NCBI RefSeq assembly: GCF_022539665.2
Contig: NC_081331.1
Span: 6,758,001-6,822,000, forward strand
DNA length: 64,000 nt
Origin: Daphnia carinata
Lineage: Eukaryota
Direction of reading: 5' to 3'
Below, in pieces: positions 1 to 11,285 of the stretch (its first letter is position 1; every line of letters starts with the position of its first letter). Below the pieces are notes generated by a model. That model was not told the DNA's origin. It worked only from the letters and a program-made list of their open reading frames with translations, and did not search any database. The position numbers and the translations under genes are program-made.

Positions 1-2142
1 ATCGTCTTAATGTATATATTTTTAATGTTAAAAGTACGATAGTCTCGTGAAGGCCTTCGTCAAAGGCAACCGCCACGCTATGAAAGGGATAGAAAATGTA
101 GTCCTATTGGTTGAAACGTCCTTTATCACCTTCAGTTAATAGGTTAGGAAGATGGCTTAAGGATTCGACAATCCGAAATGAAGCGTTTTGGAACTAAGAG
201 ATTGAATTGAAACGGATAGAGCATTTAGAAGAAATCTCGATTTTTGCGAACATGCAGTTCGCCGTCTTTCGAAGGAAACGTCATTGTTAAAACAAGAAAA
301 GCAGAGCCGTATATGAGGAAACAATTGATGGCGAGATTGTTCCACCCGTTGATCAACGCGTCCTCCTCCCATGTACGCTTTCCATGTCAGACATTCTTTC
401 AATCGTTCTTTCCTGTCTTTATTTTCTTCCATCCTGTTTTTCAAAACTTTCAAATTGCTTTCATCCTTTGCGTCTATTGTTCGTCTCCTTTCACTACGTT
501 TTTCAATTTATTTTTGTCACACCAACAGGTACGATCGGCGTTTTTCGTACATTTTTCGTATCCGCCGTTCTTCCCGCGGTACACGTAACGTCGGAAACGA
601 TTGATTTATTTTTGTTTAAAAGAAAATGGATCGCCTAGGAAGCATTTGGCTTTGAAAATTCTACAGTACCAACAGCTCTATCGTTATAGGAACGAGGAAC
701 AATGTCAAATAAATAATGAAAATGAATGAAAACTTTCCAACTGCTGTACGAACAAGAATTTTCTTGAAAAAAAAAAAGGGAACGCAAGACATGAAGGAGG
801 GCAGATGGGAACAATCGATTCCTGCGCGTAGACGCTACGGCATCCGACGATGGCCTATTCATCGTTTGTTGAACAACCAAATAGAAGGCAGACTTGGCTC
901 ATTTTATTGGAAGTTTGGAAGCAATGGAAAAAAAAAAGTTTTTGAATCGAAAAAGGAGAAAGAGAGTTAGACATGATGGATGAGGTGGATTGAATGTAGG
1001 GCAAGAAAAAGGGAGGACAAAAAAACAAACAAAAAAAAAACTAAACTAAATGACAAATGAAGTGCGCATCTTTCATTGAGGGGAATGACAGCATGAATGA
1101 AAACGGAAAGGAATGAGGCAACCCAGAGATCTAGATCATGTCGGTCGAACTGGGTAAAAAATTGAATCAAGCCACGAGCTAAAGGAAGTCGATGAAAAAA
1201 TTAAAGGAGCACGTCCGGAGAAAGGAACGGCAGTTTCCGGTACCTGTCACACCTTGTTAAATGGCAGTTTGTATTACGATTTTTTTATTTACAGAGCAAA
1301 GTTTTGTAGATATAAAGAAACAAAGACTCAGAGAAGAGCGAAAATAAAAAAAAAAGAAAAGAACGGATAAAAACTGAAATAAGAAAAATAAAAGTGATAG
1401 AGAAGAAAACGGAAGAAGAAAGAGAAAAACGTCAGCACCATCTATCTTGGAACGGTTCGGTAGAATCGATTTTTTCCCTTGTCATTTGAGCCAGAAAGGC
1501 AGCCAAGCGGGGCAATAATTTTCAAAAGCATTACGTAGGCTTTCTTCCCACCCCGTTTCTCCCGAACTTCCTTCCCGACATGCCCTTCAACCACACCATT
1601 CCCCTTCCCTTTTTCCGACCCCTCCTCGTCTTCGATCCGCATCTTCTCTTTGGCTATTTTTCCTCATCTGGTTTATTCTATCTTGATCATCAATTTTTAT
1701 CCGCACAATGATCGCCTTGACTGTTCTCGTGTACTTGGCTTTGGCTGGTTCCGTTCCGTACTTTTTCCCATCGGAACTTTTTTGCCCGTCGCGTTCGTGT
1801 CAGTTTGTCCGCGTCGGACGACGAGTTTCGCTCGGGTTGCCATCTATCCCTGCTGGAGCATAACTTAAAATGCGGAAAGCAGAAATGGAGAGAGAAATGG
1901 GAGGTAGTTTATACATATATATGAAACGGGGAGGATCGATGATCCGATTGTGCTGTTTTATTGATTTCGCCCAGCGAAAAGGGAAAGAGAAGAAGCAAGG
2001 GAGGAAGATGGGGTTTGTAAATCGAAAACAAAAGAAAAAGGGAGAGGTCTGTTGCCTCTCTCTCTTCGCGTACAAAAAGGGCATACACAGTTTACACAGC
2101 CATGGAAAGAAAGAAGAGAGCCAGACGATGGAATTGTTTTAT

Positions 2143-2181
<39 letters not shown>

Positions 2182-2414
2182 AGATTCTCTTTGGTCTCTT
2201 GTTGTCCGTGCCAAAATGGAAACCTGACTCGCGCACTTCTGCGGCTGGCCGGCTCCGGCCAGTGGAACGGACAGCACTTGCGTAGAATAGGCAATGAGAC
2301 TGCGACAGTACAGAGCAATTTAATTCATTCCTATGCTCTTTTCATGTGTTTTTTTTTTTTTTTTTTGGCTTTTAATATAGAAGCTAATTGTTTTTTCTTC
2401 GCTCATTCCTACAG

Positions 2415-2609
2415 GTCAGCCTGGACTCTCGGGTGCGCGAAATCGTCAACCGCAACATGGTGGACCCGACGCCGCACACATTCGACGAGGCCCAGTTGCA
2501 GATCTACACGTTGATGCACCGCGACTCGTACCCGCGCTTCGTCAATTCCGCCTACTACAAGAAGCTGGCCCAGTTGAGCAGCACCAGCCGGAAGGAGAGC
2601 TCCGCTTGA
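2415..2609 (+). CDS. RGS17/19/20: Regulator of G-protein signaling, RZ subfamily (RGS17/19/20-like); terminal coding exon only
   Basis: Acceptor ttcctacag at 2414, then VSLDSRVREIVNRNMVDPTPHTFDEAQLQIYTLMHRDSYPRFVNS, the C-terminal part of an RZ-type RGS box; stop TGA ends at 2609. No upstream exons found in 1-2400, so they presumably lie before the window. Confidence 0.92.
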   Translation, partial: VSLDSRVREIVNRNMVDPTPHTFDEAQLQIYTLMHRDSYPRFVNSAYYKKLAQLSSTSRKESSA

Positions 2610-5600
2610 AGGGCCGCCAATGGGGGAGGTCGATTAACGAGATTTGAAGGAAACACGTAAAAGAATTTCTGACGATAAAAAAGACCAACCAACTGCAACC
2701 CCATACAGACAAACATGCACACGCTGGGAAAAAAAAAATGCAAACCACACAAGAGAAAAAAAAAAGAAAGAAAAACGATAAAAATTTATTATAGACGAGA
2801 GGGGAAAAGCCGAAAGTCGTACGAACATCAAAGGCCAAAGAGAAACGAAGGGCTGGTCGGTTGGCGAACGGAAAAGGACGTCAAGTATGAAAGATATACC
2901 GCGTAGCAAAACATGGACGAATGATCAAGCAGCGAAAGTCTATCTGCCTGTCCGCCGAAAGTAGGATGAAGAAATAGGCCAAGTTTGTTCATCCTCCTCT
3001 TCTAGACGACGGCCGTGGCGGCGGTCGGGACGATCGACTGCTGCCGACGCCCACGCCACATTAAGTTGATTTATTATAAGGAGGACGATGAGGGGGCCAG
3101 AAGAAGGAGGAAATGATGTAGAAAGGAGGGGGGGGGGGAGAGGAGGTGGTTGCAAGAAAGAGTTCATCATGCCTAGGTTGGCGAGTTGCCCGGCAGGCTA
3201 TCGAAGAGGATGGCGCGTGCGCACGCGTGGCAAAATGCGAGGCAAGGCAATCGTCCAAAACGAAAATCTCCCTCTACTCTTTTAACAGGCAGCGATTTTT
3301 TTTCCACCTCCTCCCTTTCGTGACGTCGCCAATAAACCGTTGTCGTCGCCTTCTTATTCCTTTGCCTATTGGAGTAGTAAATCCTCCTCTCGTCCTTATT
3401 CATCTCTCTCCTCGCTGGCGCACCATTTTCAAACGAAATCGAAATCAAAGAGCACAAAAAAAAAAAACATATAGGACGCTATTGGGATCGAACGGAGATG
3501 GGTCGATTGCTTCCTAGATACAATTTTTTTTTCTCCCTCTTGCTATGGTCTTAAGATGAGAAAGCAGATTTTGGTGTGGAAATTAAAAAGAAAAACTAAA
3601 AGGAAAGAAAAAAAAAAGCTGGTGCACAAATATTTTCTTCCTTTGTTCTCTACTGTTTTCTGGCTCATTTTCTTCTTCTCTCTTCTCCCTTACGCTCTCA
3701 GACTCGCTGTATTTTTATTTTTATTTTTTAAATCTCTTTGGTGACGTGGAGATGGACTCGATAAACGATGGCACAGCAATGACGCACTGAGCGGTTAAGG
3801 AAATAGTCGCAACTCTTTGATCTCAATTTTTTTTTTCTATTTTGATACGCAATGTTTTATACGGTTTTATATGATCGGAAGCCAAGCACAAAGCAAACGA
3901 AACACGAAATCCCTCCTTTTTCCCCTACCGTTCGTACGTTGAAAGAACAAAATTAAACAAAACGCCATTGAACCCACGATTTTATGCCATCTCTTCTGTT
4001 CTCTAGTTTATCAATTATTTGCGAAAATTTAAAAAGAAGGTGTAGCATCATGCAGTGATAATTCACCTTTATATAATTAAGGCTCCATCCATTCGAGATT
4101 AATAGTTAACGGGTTGATGAAATTCAAATTGGGTGCACTAAAAACACTTGGATTTCGTTTTATCTGAAGTTTGCATAATTAACAGGCAGCAAATATTTTA
4201 TTCGAAATTTGCTTTCCAAATTTAACTATAACAGGTTAAATTTCATCGAATTCCAAGTTCCATTTTCTGTACCAAAAAATCGGGCTTGTAATTGGGCTTG
4301 CTTCATTTTGTTTTTGAAGGTCTCAAATTCGGTTTCTCATTGGGTGGTGCCATAATTATTGGAAGATTAGACTATCAATAGATGGTAGTGTAGCATCTCT
4401 ATAAAATTACCGAAATAACTGGTAACCCAGCGGACAGGGTGTGTCAATAAAAAAAATGGGTCGAATGGCGTTCCTTAACAAACAGGCTACACACAATTAA
4501 CAAACTAAAATTTAGAAAACGAGAACAAAACAAACAGGACGAACGAAAACCCGTTTCAGTACCAATCAAACAAACGTAACAAAGGGCTAAAAGGGAAAAA
4601 ATCTATGCCCCTTCTGTTGACGGACGGACGGATGAATCGATTTTTCTTTGGGGAAACGGCCTGATTATTGTGGAAAGCTAACGAATCTGTGAACCCCACC
4701 CCCAGTTAAAGACTTTTTTTTCATAAATCAACATTTTAAAAGGCACACAGATAATATTTAATTTGTACATTAGGAAACGATGCTCGTCTTTTCCCCGGTG
4801 TTTTATACGAGCTCGGCTTCGTGATTACTTTCTTTTCAGTTAAAATAAAATCAGATTACTAAACAACACAATAGTTTCCCTCATGCCCATCAGTCGTGTG
4901 TACACGATGAACCATGAAATCCAGCCCATCAGTCAACTGAATTTGCCGGGCAAGTGCTGTTGCCGACGAAAGGCGTAGATAGTCAAGGAAAACTCTTGTC
5001 ACTCCAAAATTCATTTTTCATACACGCACGCACTCACACGCACAATACAAATACATAAACAAAAAACTCCCAAACTATCTATCGCATGAAGATCTTTTTT
5101 AAAAAAATTATTGTTGTGATTTCGAAGTGAATAAGAATGTAATGTGTGCTGTCTCAATTGATGAAAAAAAAGACATGGGAAAAACAGAACAGACAAAAAT
5201 AATTTCTAAACAAATAAACTTTAGGAAGAGATAATTTTGAATTGAATCGCTTCGGCGTAGCGCGTGTTCGCCATGGGTCGTTGACGACTTCTCATTTGTT
5301 TCGATTTCGTTTTCTTTTTTGACATTTCCTTGTTCGCTGTTTGTTCAATCTTTGTTTTCATATGCGGCCGCAATTTTTCAGTCGAAATCTTTCTATTGGC
5401 ATATGATAGTGAAGTAGACGAATGATCAACTGCGTACGTTTGTCCATGTATAATGTACTGTATAAATGAAATCAACAAGAAGAAAAAAACAAGAAAAAAA
5501 CACAAAAAAAACAATACCAAAAACAAATTTTAGACGACCACGATCTGAAAGTGCTCATCCGAAGAGCGTATGTTCTTTCATTCAATTAACTGTGAGTTAA

Positions 5601-6967
5601 CCCAATCCACTGAATGTTTCCCTAATAATTGTTTTTCTCTCGCCTGGTCTCCCCTGTTCAGCCAACACCCCTACTGGTGCACCTGTATTGTTTGTTTTTG
5701 TCGGTTACCTTGAAAACTTTTTTCACGCCATTTTGTATTTACGTTTCAGAGTGTCGAGGAGTTGTGTCCGTTTTCGACTTCCTTCATCATCAACTTATTC
5801 TTCCTCCATTCTGATTCTCCAAATTTCATTTAAGTCCCACAATCTTGCTCCTAGTCTGAATCCGGCTCCTGTTTTTAATGACATGTATCGCTGTAAAACC
5901 AAGAGATAAATCCTTGGGGGTTTCGAAAAGGAAATCAAATCTAGAAGTTATCTCATCTGTTCGACTTGCATCGTACTCTACACATTTTACTTTTTTTTTT
6001 CGCTCCCTCGTCGCGTTTTATTTTGATTCCTTTACATTCAACGTGCGTGAAAACCAAAAAAAAGTGTCTAACCTAGTCAAATGATTTCTCTCATCTTCGA
6101 GTGTAATACCTGTATCGCTGCTGTGTTCAATCTACAAGAAAAAGAGACAAAAAACAAACAAAAAAAACAAAACAAAACAAAACAAAAAACAGACAAACAA
6201 ACCCATTTTTTTATGTGTTTTTTCATTATCACAATTAACGAGAAATAATTTCACAAAAATTCAGATCGTGAACAAATATTTTCCCTCTATATTCCTTTTC
6301 TTTGCCTTTTGATGAGCAGAAATATTGATCTTGGCAGGTAAGGGGATTCATCAAATCCTTCGAAAAATGCATAAAAAATATTGGGGATTCTAACTTTCCT
6401 GTACACACACACACACAAAAAAAAACAGGTCCCAAGTAACCTTACGTTTCTGGTCCTACCCCAAAGGCTTGCTGCAAGACGTTCCGTGGAGTAATAAATA
6501 CCACATTTTAATATGCAATATTAACTCTTCTTTCAAGTACTTTCTTCTCTTTTGTCTTTCATTTGTTTCTGTTTTCCTGCTTTAACGATTCGATAAATCC
6601 ATACGCCTTCTATTTTTCATTGCATACAAAAGATTAGAACATCCTAGACAACTAGTCGATTGGCATTTCCAGGTAGATAAGCAGTAATATAATTCAGTCA
6701 CTCGCACAGAATCCCTTTTCTTCGTTCCATTTGCGCTATGCCTGCGACTAGGCAGCGTGAAATTCACTAGTGTCCAATTAGATCAATTGCATGCTGCCTT
6801 GTGAGTACTGGGAAAACATCACTTGTTAGCAATTTGCATTTTACCTTTTCCGATTCAAATGGTGCGCTAACAAACGGCTAATAGATTTTAAACGATTCCG
6901 GTGGTCAAGTGCCACAAAATTTGAAAAGTGAATTTGTCAGATTAAGCAATTTGAGAATCTCATGCAG

Positions 6968-7075
6968 CTAATTGTAACTGCTGAGGAAGGAGGCGATGGT
7001 ACACAAAAGGACCAACAGAACTACCAAGATGATTCCGCTCAGGCACCGATCATCAAATGTATGATAGCTTCCCAT
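6968..7075 (-). CDS. Candidate 35-aa single-pass transmembrane micropeptide (MGSYHTFDDRCLSGIILVVLLVLLCTIASFLSSYN)
   Basis: ATG 7075-7073 to TAG 6970-6968; ~20-residue hydrophobic stretch; in-frame acceptor-like tttag at 7094. No homology recognised. Confidence 0.3.
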   Translation of the reverse strand: MGSYHTFDDRCLSGIILVVLLVLLCTIASFLSSYN

Positions 7076-7255
7076 GAACCGTTTCCCTTCTGCCTAAACC
7101 CATCCTTGATAAAAACATTTTTGAGAGTACATTTACCGAGCCCATCTCTCAGCTACAGGGTCGTTTATTTACTGTATCTGTACAAAGCAAGAGGGGGATT
7201 GATGCTAAGGGTTTATTTTCCTAGAAAGATGTTCACAGGAAATCTTTGTATGAAC

Positions 7256-8374
7256 TTAACCAACTACTAAGGTGCTTTCGTCCACAAAAGTATGGACCGG
7301 GATCTCCAAGTTCAAGGGAGCCGGTCCTTTGCGAATGCGACCCGATGAATCGTAGTGAGAACCATGGCAAGGGCAATAGTAACCGCCATAATCGCCTGTG
7401 GGAGAAAACAGAACTGGTTGCAGTATATTTTCATCGATGAAATTTTGAGAAACATACCTGAATTTGCGATAGGTACACAACCCAAATGGGTGCAGACTCC
7501 AAGTAAGACAAGCCATTCAGGGCGTTGGGCACGTTCCGAGTCCAGTTGCGGATCACGCAATGAAGACAGATCAACGTTGCTTTCTGCGTCAATTTCGGCC
7601 TAAAACATATAAAAAGAAGTAGTTAATAAACAGGGGATACTTTTTATTCTTTAGCACAACACAGTAAGTCATACCGCAGTACGATGCCGAATGAAGAGAG
7701 GCTTTCCACGCCATTTGAAAGTAACATTCTTACCCTCAGGGATATCGTTGAGCTTGACTTCAATCTTGGCCAAAGCCAAAACATCAGCTGAAGCACTCAT
7801 GGAACTGACAAATTCACCAACTACTGATTTAGCAGCATAAGCACCCCCAACCGCTCCACTGCCAACAATAAGGTATGAAAACCCTTGTCGGCTAGCTGCA
7901 CTAGACCTAGTATCAGCAGTGCTGTTTTTGACACTGCTGCGTCTGTAGGCAGAGAAATCTGGAACTTGGATATCTGTGTGTGCAAATCGCACCTGGATAG
8001 GACCTAAAGGAGGGAAAATGAATAACGGCTTGAATATTTTTTAACAGAGGAAATAAACGAAAAGACATAAAAAACTTAAGAAATTCTGAGGTCAAGGGAA
8101 CATTAACTTTGATCTTTAAGGATTAGCTATCAACCTTGCAATTTAAAAAAAAGTATTTGTTACCACCAAGCGACGCAGCTGCTCTTATCGGGTTTTTCGG
8201 CAAACTAGCCGTTAAAGAGTTGGTCGTTAGTTTTTGAGGTGCTGGCGGAACCAACGTTCGTTCAATTTGGATTGAAACAGCTGGGCACAGAGCTTTAGTG
8301 CCATTAGCTACCGTTTGCGTGGCAGCCACAGTTGCAGAGGATACATTCGCCGAACGAGCAACAAAACTCAACAT
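7256..8374 (-). CDS. UQCRFS1: Cytochrome b-c1 complex Rieske iron-sulfur subunit, mitochondrial (273 aa)
   Basis: Exons 8374-8164, 8003-7675, 7599-7458, 7395-7256 (822 nt, GT-AG introns, phases consistent). Rieske boxes CTHLGC and CPCHGS, plus [23 protein letters not shown] and GPAPLNL; N-terminal targeting-type sequence; AATAAA on the minus strand at 7169-7164. Confidence 0.98.
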
Positions 8375-8662
8375 TTTTATGTCGTAAGCCCGTTTCACGA
8401 ATTGCAAGAATCTAACCAGCAAAATGGACGAAACGGTGTCTGCAGAGTGAAGATTTCGACAACGTTGCCAGCTTTCTAATGGGAAATCGAAAACGCAGAA
8501 ACCGCAGAAACTATTTTCTTTAAATTTCCTGTTCTTTTTTATCGCTGAAAATATATAAGCTTATTCAAATTTAAAGCACTAACCATGATGAGAAATTTAA
8601 AACATGCTTTTTCAATGCAATGGGAGGCAAAGAAAGAGAAATGAACGCTATTGAAGTAGCTA

Positions 8663-8898
8663 GCAGTGGCCAGCACCTATTGGCTCTAATCGGGTTCCTG
8701 CCCCAGCACGAAAAAGGCCTTTCAGGGCACAATCATGGGACCTGAAAGGCCTTTTGGTTGACTTCGTCAACCAGGGGCTGAACGGGGCAAAAATTAGGGG
8801 TTGCTCCCGAAGCTCCAATGCCCTTTTAAAAGATCGTGGCTGTTCCAGTTTTGAGACAAAATGTGGCACAATCGGGGTTGCAATCGGGGCGAACACTA
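8663..8898. mobile_element. GC-richer ~235-bp island with internal hairpins; possible degenerate MITE / non-autonomous DNA transposon
   Basis: Perfect 15-bp inverted repeat 8712-8726/8741-8755 and 8-bp hairpin 8755-8773; repeated AATCGGG(G) motifs; ends loosely inverted (cagtggccagcacctattg vs tagtgttcgccccgattg). No clear target-site duplication. Confidence 0.3.
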
Positions 8899-9333
8899 TA
8901 TGCTATGCCGCGCTAACGAATATTTTTTAGTAGTTCCGTAGTTCGTATCGGTTAGCTCTTTAAAAAAAAAAAAGAAAAAACTTAATAGAAAAAAAAGTTC
9001 AACTCGGTGTTACCTTAAGTTTGAAGGAATTAAATAAAACACTTCAAGTCACAATGGGAAAATTGGTATTTTGTTACGTATTGCAACTATAAGTTTATTT
9101 AGATGAAAAGCTACTACAACCTACAAGATGAAAAACAATAACCTACAAGTGTGCCCATAATCCACAGAAATACATGACACACAGACTATTTCTAAAAAGC
9201 AAAGAGTTAAGGGAAAGCTAGTAATCAGTTAAATTTGCCGTGTTGCTGTCAATCGGTGTCTCCGTCCAAATGTAGAATGCGAAACACGAGACATGAATTG
9301 ACGAGCAGTAATCACGATGTGAAGGCTCTTGTG

Positions 9334-11285
9334 TTAAGCAGCAGGCATCGTAGTAGAATCAGAAGACTGTGGCTCACGTGCAACTGGTATCTCACCTTTT
9401 TTGGAAACGCCATCACGAGCACTTGCTGCTGAAGCCTTTTTGTCACCAGTTTTCACGTTTTTGGGACTTGCGGTTGCAAAAGTACTGTACTTCGTTTGCT
9501 GATTTTTGGCGTGGATCTCTCCTCCTGACCCTACCTTTCCCTTGTCACCAGTCGACGATGCAGGTGGCTGCTTGTCGGTAACGCGAGCGTGAGTGCGAAC
9601 GTTAGCATCACCATTTTGTGTTGCCTTAACAGAAGCATGTCTGCCAACTGTTTGACCTTGTTGTTCATCTTTCTTTTGTGACTTCGCTTTCTTTTCTTCC
9701 CCTTCCTTTTCATTGTGATGTGTTTTTTTCGTTGGGGATCCATGTTTTGGACTCACCCGCTCTTCTCCCGATGTTTTGTTCTTGTTTTCGATGTGTGATT
9801 TTTCCTTCTGGGGGACAGCAGACTCAGCACTTGTAATTAGAAGATCCGGAACAATTGTAGGCTTACGCTGTTTTGGTTTTTCTGTCCTTTTATTTATTTT
9901 GCTTTCGGCTGTTGCAACGTGTCGTTTAAGGCGAGCTTGATCGAGATTTATCGCTTCGGAAAGATTAACTGTCATTTCGTCCTGGGCAAAATCATCAGAT
10001 ACATCAGTGGAAGCAGCCGTAGCAGAACCCGCAGGGAGGACAGTGGCGAAATCCGTTAAGCCGACAAGTGCCAAATCGTCAGTAGGGACAGGAGCGGGAT
10101 CCGCAGAAGCAACAGGAGCGGGATCCGCAGAAGCAACAGGAGCGGGATCCACAGAAGCAGCAGGAGCGGGATCCACAGAAGCAGCATGAGCTGGATCCTC
10201 AGAAGCAATAGGAACGGGTTCCGCAGAAGCAAGAGGAGCAAAATCCTCAGAAACAATAGGGGCAAGATCTGCGGCAGGGACCCGAGAAGCAGGAGAAGCA
10301 GAATCAGAAATAAAAGATTCCTCAGGAGCATTTATTGCCTGCTCACTTTCTACGGTAACAGGTTCTACAGGAGCCGATTCCTTATGGAGCTCAGCGGTGG
10401 GTGAATCCTTCGGAACACTTGCGGTAGAATCAGTCTCCTCGTCTGATTCTTCTTTTTTATGCTTCGGGATTTTCATCTTGTGGTTTGGGATTCTGTAATG
10501 CTTTCTTTCTTCAGTCTCCTCGATTACTGGTTTGGAGTTCTTAGGCTTCTCTGCATCAACGGCGTGTTCGTCAGAATGGACTTCGTCTCGCACAACCGGG
10601 GTGGTTTTCCGATTGCCTTTCTTTTCATTTTTCCTTTCGTGCTTACTTTTCTCAAGTTTTCGTCTATCGTGAGTGTACTCGGATCTGTTTTCAAACCGAG
10701 GATGTGGGCCGTTTTTCCTTGGTGTTGTTACCTCTTGTTTAGTGCTGCTGTGCTCTTCCTTCTGTTCAGCAATCGATGCATCTGTTTTTGCCTCCCCATT
10801 TGCTTGGTTTTCTTTATCTGCCCAAAGTTTCTCCACAAGTGCATCAATCTCTGTTAGACGCTCTGTTTTTTCATCTGTACTTCGTTTTGTACGTACTTCC
10901 TTCGTACTTTCCTTCGCACGCAATAGTACGGCTAATATAGCAGATTTGAAACTCTGAACGATATCGCTTTCGTCCTCTTGTTGTTGCAATTCTTCTTTTG
11001 GTTTACCGACCATCCCAACCAATACCGCCACTGGGGGTTCTAATATGCCCGATTCGGCCTGTTCGAGCAACTGCTCGGAGCCACTGTCAACTGCATAAAC
11101 AGCCACAACAACGATGAAAACCAGAACCTAAGAAAACGCAGAATTACCAAAGTGACTGTTAACTGGTAAAATAACAGTATTTAGCATGGCAGACACTACA
11201 TAAAATAGATAAAAACTAACGAATACAAGGGTATCGTAAAATGAATAGAAATATTTATTGGAATTGAACTTACTATAGATTTCAT
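9334..11285 (-). CDS. Uncharacterised secreted, low-complexity charged protein (~601 aa) with internal 8-aa Pro/Ala tandem repeats
   Basis: Micro-exon ATG AAA TCT ATA (11285-11274, donor GTAAGT) spliced to acceptor ttcttag at 11128 gives the signal peptide MKSIVLVFIVVVAVYA; exon 2 (11127-9334) is one long ORF; AATAAA on the minus strand at 9099-9094. Confidence 0.8.
10006..10269 (-). repeat. Coding minisatellite, 11 x 24 bp (consensus about DPAPVASA)
   Basis: Units DLAPIVSE, DFAPLASA, EPVPIASE, DPAHAASV, DPAPAASV, DPAPVASA x2, DPAPVPTD, DLALVGLT, DFATVLPA, GSATAAST; near-identical ggagcgggatcc(g/a)cagaagca(a/g)ca repeats in the centre. Confidence 0.9.

Noticed and set aside
157..2400. ORFs upstream of the RGS exon, including the 214-aa ORF at 1870
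   Set aside because: Low-complexity intronic sequence; none encodes the preceding part of the RGS box.
9855..9945. LKRHVAT...KPKQRKP segment resembling a capping-protein-interaction motif
   Set aside because: Spacing does not fit LxHxTxxRPK, and the protein has a signal peptide.
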